IMG/VR virus record: IMGVR_UViG_3300045988_087586
Origin: a virus
Strand: one strand, 5' to 3'
Length of the DNA: 18,704 nucleotides
Below, in pieces: positions 1 through 5,778 of the stretch. The notes under the pieces are model-generated. The model was given only the letters and a program-made list of their open reading frames with translations. It made no database searches and was not told the DNA's origin. Numbering within the stretch: the stretch's first letter is position 1; the number at the start of each line of letters is the position of its first letter. A program made the translations under genes and the position numbers.

Positions 1-336
1 TGGGAGGGGTGTGGGTTTGTGTGAAGATTTTCCCTTGTGGTTTTTTTTTATTGTGTGTTATTTTTTTTTGTTCTGTGTTGTGTGGTGTTTGTTGTGTTTG
101 GGTGTGTGTGTTAGATTTTTTTTAGTCCAGTTTGTCAATTTTTTTTATTGACACAATGTCAATGGTTGTATGTGCAATGTTTTTTATGTGCGTATTGATT
201 AACTGGGTTAACTCATGCTGTCTAATTATTGGTAGGTTACGGTTTTGTAACCGTAGTTTGCCGACCGGTAGGTAGGTGTCTTTTATTATCTTGCGTTCTT
301 TTGTTTTTGGGCGTGTCGTTGTTTTGTTTGTGTTAT
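1..336. repeat. Left inverted terminal repeat (ITR) of a linear protein-primed genome
   Basis: 1-318 is identical to the reverse complement of 18387-18704. There is a TT vs CC mismatch at 319-320, then 321-336 match again. All homopolymer runs (T9, T9, T8, T8, T6) were checked on both arms. Confidence 0.97.
133..163. promoter_or_regulatory. Cluster of three TGTCAAT/ATTGACA heptamers inside the ITR; includes an inward-facing TTGACA (-35-like) at 148-153
   Basis: TGTCAAT at 133-139, ATTGACA at 147-153 and TGTCAAT at 157-163 form two overlapping palindromes. No convincing -10 lies at 17 bp; the best is TGCAAT at 173-178. Function as promoter, operator or origin element is unresolved. Confidence 0.35.
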
Positions 337-370
337 GATAAAAATATCAACCACAAGGGAGGTAAACAAA

Positions 371-604
371 ATGAACACTATAATTGTTATCAACTGGGAA
401 CGTGATAATGTTACGGTTTCTTTTACTGATATTGAGGATATGGGCTACACGTTCGGCCTTGGTAAGGTCACTACCTTGAGGGGTGCAAGGGCTCGTGTTC
501 GTCGTGTGATGTCTGATCAGTATGGCATTGATCTTTCTCGTATGAAGCTTGAAAGGTCAACTAATGCTATTGACTATTTTCGTTCCAATCGTGTTGAGGG
601 CTGA
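371..604 (+). CDS. Small early protein, ITR-proximal paralog 1 (77 aa)
   Basis: ATG at 371 lies 9 nt after the SD AGGGAGG (355-361). The ORF-track start at 335 lies upstream of the SD. About 40% identical by eye to the next gene. Confidence 0.75.
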   Translation: MNTIIVINWERDNVTVSFTDIEDMGYTFGLGKVTTLRGARARVRRVMSDQYGIDLSRMKLERSTNAIDYFRSNRVEG

Positions 605-619
605 TTGAAGGTGGGCAAC

Positions 620-859
620 ATGAATGCTGTAATTGTTATCAGTTGGTGGGCTAGAACTGCTGTTGTTTTCTTCACTGATATTGATGATTTTTATATGCTG
701 GATATTGGGAAGAATAGAACTCTTAGGGGGGCGAAGTCTTACATTCGTAGGGAGCTATGCGGTAAGTATGGTGTCGCGCTTTCTCATGTTAAGACTGTGA
801 AAGATACTCCCTCTGTTACATTCCTTCTTTCTAAGCGTGTTAAAAAAAAGGAGCATTAA
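620..859 (+). CDS. Small early protein, tandem paralog 2 (79 aa)
   Basis: ATG at 620 follows GAAGGTGG (607-614). MNAVIVISW...FTDIDD...TLRGAK parallels MNTIIVINW...FTDIED...TLRGAR of the upstream gene. Confidence 0.75.
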   Translation: MNAVIVISWWARTAVVFFTDIDDFYMLDIGKNRTLRGAKSYIRRELCGKYGVALSHVKTVKDTPSVTFLLSKRVKKKEH

Positions 860-860
860 T

Positions 861-1091
861 ATGTGGTACTTTATTATCACCGATAATGGTTTTCAGGTGT
901 TTGAGATTCTACCCGACTACGTGAAGCCTAGTAGGCTGTTTTATACGAAATCTCTTAAGGATTCATTGGACGGTATATTGTCTCATATCCGCAGCGCTTA
1001 TGTCGGCATGGACGTGAACGTGGATATTGACAATGCCGCGTTTGACATGGATAGTACTATGGTCGGCATGGTTAAGGTGGTGCTGGTATAA
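861..1091 (+). CDS. Small acidic early protein (76 aa), unknown function
   Basis: ATG at 861 follows AAAGGAG (848-854). Tightly packed with its neighbours. Carries the shared Y-T-K-S-L-x-x-x-L-x-x-I motif (see findings). Confidence 0.65.
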   Translation: MWYFIITDNGFQVFEILPDYVKPSRLFYTKSLKDSLDGILSHIRSAYVGMDVNVDIDNAAFDMDSTMVGMVKVVLV

Positions 1092-1258
1092 TGGTTGGTA
1101 TGATTGTTGCCGTTTGCATTCTTTCCGCACTGTTTGTAACGATGGCTGCTATGGTGTTTTGCGAACTGCCGCGTGATTGGCGTGATACGTTTTGTTTTTT
1201 GGTCATGCTTGCTGTGAGCGTGGCTGTGGTTTTGGTTTTTGTTTTGAAAGGATTTTAA
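1091..1258 (+). CDS. 55-aa two-pass membrane protein (below the ORF-track size cutoff)
   Basis: My own translation: MVGMIVAVCILSALFVTMAAMVFCELPRDWRDTFCFLVMLAVSVAVVLVFVLKGF. It has two hydrophobic helices joined by a charged loop. Its ATG overlaps the upstream stop (TAATG at 1089-1093), and it ends 2 nt before the next ATG. Confidence 0.6.
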   Translation: MVGMIVAVCILSALFVTMAAMVFCELPRDWRDTFCFLVMLAVSVAVVLVFVLKGF

Positions 1259-1260
1259 TT

Positions 1261-1506
1261 ATGTCTTATCGTGATGAGAAAGTCGCTGTATTCTCGTCTC
1301 AGCACTTGGGCGGTGATGTCGAATTATGGTATTGTTCTCATAGTCAGTCATACAGGTTGAAGTATGATGTGGCGTTTTACTCGCCGGATGGCCTATGCTC
1401 TGCCGTTGCGTTAGTGTCATATGATGCCACTGATTATGATCAAGTCGTTGACGTGCTGATTGATGCTATCGATATTGCGCGCACGCCCTTGCTGGATAGG
1501 GATTAG
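1261..1506 (+). CDS. Small acidic early protein (81 aa), unknown function
   Basis: ATG at 1261 follows GAAAGGA (1246-1252). The ORF-track TTG start at 1192 would overlap the 55-aa membrane ORF. Confidence 0.65.
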   Translation: MSYRDEKVAVFSSQHLGGDVELWYCSHSQSYRLKYDVAFYSPDGLCSAVALVSYDATDYDQVVDVLIDAIDIARTPLLDRD

Positions 1507-1508
1507 TC

Positions 1509-1712
1509 ATGTATTTTCGCGGCTGGATACACTTATGGACTTGTAAGGATTGCTTGTATGCTGATATGTATTGGCGATTACGTGCTCTTTGGGCGGAAGT
1601 GGAACGCAAGGGTGACGTTTTTACGCCGCCGAAACGGTGTCCGAGTACGGACTTGTGGTTTGACATGTGGTGGTTGGGTGTTGAGTCCGGTGAAGAAGGA
1701 TTGGAGTTTTAA
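1509..1712 (+). CDS. Trp-rich small protein (67 aa) with a CxxC motif, unknown function
   Basis: ATG lies 2 nt after the upstream stop. Contains 7 Trp and 3 Cys (CKDC...C). Confidence 0.55.
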   Translation: MYFRGWIHLWTCKDCLYADMYWRLRALWAEVERKGDVFTPPKRCPSTDLWFDMWWLGVESGEEGLEF

Positions 1713-1714
1713 CC

Positions 1715-1891
1715 ATGTATGAAACTTTTGTGGCTCTCGCCTATCTTCGCCACAATGATAAGCCCCCTATTGAAATCGGGTATGCCACCTCATATGATAA
1801 GGCTGCTGACCTGATTCGTAAGTGGGCGAAAGTCTCTTCGCATACGAAGAATATCTCATATTTTAAGGTGGAGAGGAGATATTATGTTTAA
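1715..1891 (+). CDS. 58-aa small early protein (below the ORF-track cutoff)
   Basis: My own translation: MYETFVALAYLRHNDKPPIEIGYATSYDKAADLIRKWAKVSSHTKNISYFKVERRYYV. It fills an otherwise empty gap and overlaps the next start by 8 nt. It shares the ATSYDKAADLI motif with the 1261 gene product (ATDYDQVVDVLI). Confidence 0.6.
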   Translation: MYETFVALAYLRHNDKPPIEIGYATSYDKAADLIRKWAKVSSHTKNISYFKVERRYYV

Positions 1892-2405
1892 CCGTGGAAA
1901 CGATAAAACACCTATCTATCGTATGAGAAGCTTTAATGACGAAATCATGGATTCTCCCCGTATCGTCAAGGCTACGAGGGGGCGAACTCGTGAGCTGAAT
2001 CTGAAACGCTATGATAAGGGGTATGGTGATTGGGAGTCATGCTGCCGAGCTGTCACCATGCTGTGCGAATTGTGGCGCGAAGGTGCGCCGAGTCCGTGGT
2101 TTACCCAGGCAATAATTGTCGTGTCACAGATTTGCGGCAGCATGTGCATAGGAGACGGACTCGCCGCCGCATTGAGTCGCACGTATGACGTGGAATATTT
2201 GGACGGTACTATTAATCCGCCTAATTTGATTGCATGGTGTGCCGTCTGCGCCGTCAAGGGGGGCACGTCGTATGATTGTTGCACGGTTTTTGATAATCTG
2301 CAAGCTCAGAATCTTATTATCGCAGTGTTTAAAAATTTTGACAGATTGGATACAACGCGATATAATGATGCTGACTTGCAAAAAATCTTATCACAAGGGA
2401 GGTAG
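1884..2405 (+). CDS. Cys-rich early protein (173 aa), unknown function
   Basis: ATG follows GGAGAGGAG (1870-1878). Has 9 Cys in CC, CxxxC and CxxC arrangements. I recognise no family. Confidence 0.7.
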   Translation: MFNRGNDKTPIYRMRSFNDEIMDSPRIVKATRGRTRELNLKRYDKGYGDWESCCRAVTMLCELWREGAPSPWFTQAIIVVSQICGSMCIGDGLAAALSRTYDVEYLDGTINPPNLIAWCAVCAVKGGTSYDCCTVFDNLQAQNLIIAVFKNFDRLDTTRYNDADLQKILSQGR

Positions 2406-2410
2406 TCTGT

Positions 2411-2725
2411 ATGGCTAGAACCAAAACCGATATTTTCCGCACAAGAGTGTATGCCGTACTCAAAGGTATGGAATTGGTAGACGGCGATTTTATGGAATCC
2501 GAGCACGTCATTGATGGACGGCTTAAGGACGTGCGAGCATATTCGATTCGTGCAAAGAAACTGTTTCCAAATTTCATCCCACGTTCTATTCATATTTTTT
2601 CGCAGAAAGTCTCGATGAATGAGGAAACTTTTTACAAGTATGCCACATTTGAGGAACCGCAAGAATGGAACCCCGAAGAACACACAAAACGACACGCCGA
2701 AATTGAAAATAATGACGGTATGTGA
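2411..2725 (+). CDS. Putative phi29 p6-like double-stranded DNA-binding (origin-remodelling) protein
   Basis: SD AGGGAGG at 2395-2401. It is 104 aa, sits directly upstream of the SSB as in phi29 transcription order, and has an acidic C-terminal tail. By eye it resembles recalled phi29 p6 (..VDGD.. vs ..VDGE..; ..EETFYKYAT.. vs ..VEKFLEVAT..). Confidence 0.45.
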   Translation: MARTKTDIFRTRVYAVLKGMELVDGDFMESEHVIDGRLKDVRAYSIRAKKLFPNFIPRSIHIFSQKVSMNEETFYKYATFEEPQEWNPEEHTKRHAEIENNDGM

Positions 2726-2731
2726 TATAAA
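2723..2731 (+). promoter_or_regulatory. Extended -10-like element TGaTATAAA
   Basis: TGATATAAA overlaps the TGA stop of the upstream gene, 63 nt before the SSB start. No -35. Confidence 0.35.
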
Positions 2732-2793
2732 AGATTTTAGGCATAAAGCCTGAAAACAAAATAACAATAATATCATAAGGGAAAGGTAATATC

Positions 2794-3228
2794 ATGGAAA
2801 ACACTAATACCGCACTTGTCGCATTCAATACCGAAAGCACTGAACTCGGCACAGTCCAGCACTTCATCGACACCTCCACTCGTGAAGGCAAAATCAAGCT
2901 CTACTCGGCACTACAGAACGCCGAAAAGTTGGACGAACATTTGAACGAAAACCTGAACATGGTGAACGCCGTCGCTCAGGCCGTGCAAGTGACTGACGAT
3001 CAGACGGGCGAAATCTCCAATACCGTGCGTGTCATCATCGTAACCGACGATAACAAGGCGTATGCGGCCACCTCCCCCACTTTGGCTGCCGGATTGAATA
3101 CCATGTTCGGCATTTTTGGAACGCCGAACACTTGGGACGCTCCGCTTGCTATCAAGGTGGTGGAACGTCGTTCCCGCCGTGGCTTCAAGTTTTTCAGCAT
3201 CGAGCCGGTGGATGAAGCGACGAAGTGA
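2794..3228 (+). CDS. Single-stranded DNA-binding protein, phi29 p5-like
   Basis: SD AAGGGAAAGG. The N-terminus MENTN.. and blocks VNAVAQAVQVTDD..., ..AYAATSPTLAAGL.. and ..IKVVERRSRRGFKFFSIEP parallel recalled phi29 p5 (MENTN.., ANAIAQYKQVSD.., ..LYSAISKTVAEAA.., ..VKVVQGTSSKGNVFFSLQL). Its position lies upstream of the TP and polymerase genes. Confidence 0.75.
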   Translation: MENTNTALVAFNTESTELGTVQHFIDTSTREGKIKLYSALQNAEKLDEHLNENLNMVNAVAQAVQVTDDQTGEISNTVRVIIVTDDNKAYAATSPTLAAGLNTMFGIFGTPNTWDAPLAIKVVERRSRRGFKFFSIEPVDEATK

Positions 3229-3231
3229 TCT

Positions 3232-3240
3232 TGCTATAAT
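3232..3240 (+). promoter_or_regulatory. Extended -10-like element TGcTATAAT
   Basis: Perfect TGnTATAAT 3 nt after the SSB stop. No -35. Confidence 0.35.
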
Positions 3241-3262
3241 AACTGAGTAGCGTTCGTTCATA

Positions 3263-3288
3263 GAGAGCACCCAAAATTGGGTGCTCTC
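3263..3288 (+). promoter_or_regulatory. Perfect 10-bp stem-loop (GAGAGCACCC-AAAATT-GGGTGCTCTC) between the SSB and TP genes
   Basis: Read directly from the sequence. There is no U-tract on either strand, so it is not a canonical terminator. It could be an attenuator, a processing site or a 5' stabiliser. Confidence 0.5.
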
Positions 3289-3312
3289 ACCATCTTAAAA
3301 GGGGTACGCTAT

Positions 3313-4284
3313 ATGTCTCGCAGTCGGAAACGAAAGCACGTCAAGGCACGTCAAGCCGCGCAGGCACGCGCCGCGCGTAACGTCGAACAGCTCGGAGCCT
3401 ACTCTCACTCAAATCTTGCAAAAACCGCTGATAAACAGTTGGTCAATATCGCGAAAACCCTAGGCAAGGAATGGGAGCGGCAGAAGAGACAGACCATAGC
3501 GGAAGCGAAAGCAACCCAATACCACGCCAACGCCGTGGAAAAACCGACAAAAAAAGACATCATGTTTGCCCAACGCACCCCTATAACGAATGCTCAGATA
3601 GAAGCGGAACCCGTGGCGAAACGGCGCAAGCTGCTCAGACAGCAGCAGCGGAAAATCAATGCGGCACGACGGAAGATCAACGACTGGAACCGCGAACGGG
3701 CAATGCCGAAGCGTAGCGTGTACGATCAGCGTATAGAAGAACTTGCTGGAACTACTGGCGAGGGTTTTGGGCGTAATCAAATCATCCCGTCAAAACTTAC
3801 GGACTTTTTGCAAATGACAAATGTTCTGAGCGACGAGGCGTTCGTGCGCGGTCAATTGGAAAGCGGACACCGTAATGAACTGCGTGAACAGATACATGAT
3901 GCCGCCGAGATCTTGGGATTGCGCACCGAGCAAAAAAAACATAAGACGCCCAAAAAGCAAGGGAGGGGTAGGCGAACCGAAGATCTATACGGCGAGCGTG
4001 AGTGGCCGTCTTACATGCCTCATGGACGCTACGAGATTTTTGAAAAAATCTTGGCCACCTCGCTCGGCTCGAAACGGTTGAAACGATTCCGCAGTCTATC
4101 CGCCGCACAGAAACGCGCTTTCATCGAACAGACGGACGCCCCCCGTATCGTTTTTGATTGGACGGTGTATGACCCCGTTCGACACGGTTTTACGTCGATT
4201 TTCAGGGGCAACAGTGAGGGGTATCAGCGCTCACGACGGCAGTTCGACCGCTGGATGGAGGAAGCCGGCGCGCTGGAAAAGTAG
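3313..4284 (+). CDS. Candidate terminal protein (replication primer), 323 aa, very basic
   Basis: ATG at 3313 follows AAAAGGGG. The ORF-track TTG start at 3277 lies inside the hairpin. The gene sits immediately upstream of the protein-primed polymerase as in phi29. Its N-terminus MSRSRKRKHVKARQ is like phi29 TP MARSPRIR... No catalytic motif is expected, so the call is positional. Confidence 0.6.
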   Translation: MSRSRKRKHVKARQAAQARAARNVEQLGAYSHSNLAKTADKQLVNIAKTLGKEWERQKRQTIAEAKATQYHANAVEKPTKKDIMFAQRTPITNAQIEAEPVAKRRKLLRQQQRKINAARRKINDWNRERAMPKRSVYDQRIEELAGTTGEGFGRNQIIPSKLTDFLQMTNVLSDEAFVRGQLESGHRNELREQIHDAAEILGLRTEQKKHKTPKKQGRGRRTEDLYGEREWPSYMPHGRYEIFEKILATSLGSKRLKRFRSLSAAQKRAFIEQTDAPRIVFDWTVYDPVRHGFTSIFRGNSEGYQRSRRQFDRWMEEAGALEK

Positions 4285-4311
4285 TGGCCAGCAATCAAGG
4301 GAAGTTATACT

Positions 4312-5766
4312 ATGGAATTGCATGACGATAAAAGGGTAGGCTTGTGGTGTGCGGATAATGTCGTACGATTTACGGACGGTACCGCATTGCATGACATTAT
4401 CGCACCCAGTCGGTTGCTGGCGTCCATCATGACGGGAGGCAAACTCACCGTCTACACGACTAACCCCGATATTTTAGACCCTTTTATCGCACATGTCGTA
4501 CACGTACTCCCTCATAATGAGCATAATGCAAATCTGAGCTGGGATGCGATAATATCCCAAAAAGGCAAATTTTTTAGTTTTACCGTGCGTATCGACCGCG
4601 AGAATTCCGCACGCTTTTTCGATATATCGAATCTTTTGCGCGAAAACTGCAAGCTTACCATGACTGACACTCAACTGCTCACTATTTTGCGCGAATACGA
4701 TCAGCGCGGCTTGTGTAAGATCACAGCCGGTGGGGCGAGTATGGAGGCTTTCGCATCCGGAGAATGGAGATGGTATTACGACAAATTCCCCCAGCTCGAA
4801 CCGGACGCGAAAAAATCATTGCATGATGCCTATATCGGCGGCTTTATGGTTGCCAAAGAGGGGGCATATGGGAGGGCTATCGATGTTGACTGTAATTCCA
4901 TGTATCCGTCCATATTGCGAGACGAATGGCTTCCATGGGGAGTACCGGAACCGTACGAAGGACGATACGTGCAAGATGATGATATGCCGTTGCATTGTGA
5001 TGAAATCACGTTCCGCGCGGAATTGAAACCGGACGGATACCCTTTTTTATTAGACAATCGTAGTGTCTACGGACTTAACCGACTCACCAGTACGCGCGGC
5101 TATATCACGCTCGTGCTCACCGATATCGACCAGCAATTGCTCTACGAGAATTACGATGTAAGCGTCTACCGGCATGTGAGGGGGTGGAAGTTCCGGCGTT
5201 CCAAGGGGTTTTTCCGCTCGTTTATCGACGAATGGGGTGAATTGAAGCAGCATGCGACGGGGGAGCGTAGACAAATGGCGAAACTGATTATGAACGCACT
5301 CGTAGGGAAAATGGCGAGTCTGCCCAAAGGAGTCGTCATGCTCCCCTTATCCAAAGACGGCATAACCCTAGACTGGGACATTGCCCAGCGCGAAGAGTCG
5401 AATCTGAAAACCGACTATCTGCCAGTACCAGTATGGGTCAACGCTTATGCACGACGCAAACTCGTGGACGTATGCCACGCCAACGCCACCCGACTCTTGT
5501 ACGCCAACACGGACGGGTGTATCCTATCCGGCTGGGAGCCGGTGAAGTCATGCGAAATCCACCCTACCGAACTGGGCAGATGGAAAATCGCAGCCCGATA
5601 TGAAAGGCTCACTATTTTAGGCATGAACCGATATCAAGGGTGGAGGGATGATGGCGGGGTTGATATCTGCATGGCCGGAAGCCAATTTACGCAGCCCATT
5701 CCTTATGGAAAGTTCCGGCACGGCGTGCGAGTCATGGATGATTACGGTACATTGGTCATGTTATGA
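4312..5766 (+). CDS. Family-B DNA polymerase, protein-primed phi29 type, compact (484 aa)
   Basis: Blocks matching recalled phi29 polymerase: KITAGGASMEAF (RMTAGSDSLKGF), AYIGGF (AYRGGF), DVDCNSMYPS (motif A, DVNSLYPA), LPWGVPEPYEGRYVQDDDMPLH (LPYGEPIVFEGKYVWDEDYPLH), FIDEWGE...AKLIMNALVGK (motif B), LLYANTDG (motif C). Confidence 0.93.
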   Translation: MELHDDKRVGLWCADNVVRFTDGTALHDIIAPSRLLASIMTGGKLTVYTTNPDILDPFIAHVVHVLPHNEHNANLSWDAIISQKGKFFSFTVRIDRENSARFFDISNLLRENCKLTMTDTQLLTILREYDQRGLCKITAGGASMEAFASGEWRWYYDKFPQLEPDAKKSLHDAYIGGFMVAKEGAYGRAIDVDCNSMYPSILRDEWLPWGVPEPYEGRYVQDDDMPLHCDEITFRAELKPDGYPFLLDNRSVYGLNRLTSTRGYITLVLTDIDQQLLYENYDVSVYRHVRGWKFRRSKGFFRSFIDEWGELKQHATGERRQMAKLIMNALVGKMASLPKGVVMLPLSKDGITLDWDIAQREESNLKTDYLPVPVWVNAYARRKLVDVCHANATRLLYANTDGCILSGWEPVKSCEIHPTELGRWKIAARYERLTILGMNRYQGWRDDGGVDICMAGSQFTQPIPYGKFRHGVRVMDDYGTLVML

Positions 5767-5772
5767 TATACT
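5764..5772 (+). promoter_or_regulatory. Extended -10-like element TGaTATACT overlapping the polymerase stop codon
   Basis: TGATATACT. It would start a transcript near 5779. Confidence 0.3.
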
Positions 5773-5778
5773 TTGTCT

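Noticed and set aside
1-20. Possible G-quadruplex at the terminus (TGGGAGGGGTGTGGG)
   Set aside because: Only three G-runs of three or more Gs are present, and the next Gs are isolated. An intramolecular G4 is therefore not supported. At most an intermolecular structure is possible, which I cannot argue from sequence.
2306-2897. Minus-strand ORFs of 156, 82 and 103 aa across the p6-like gene region
   Set aside because: They overlap well-supported, tightly packed plus-strand genes. Their Phe/Ile/Leu-rich translations reflect the AT-rich antisense sequence, and no SD or promoter is in the right place.
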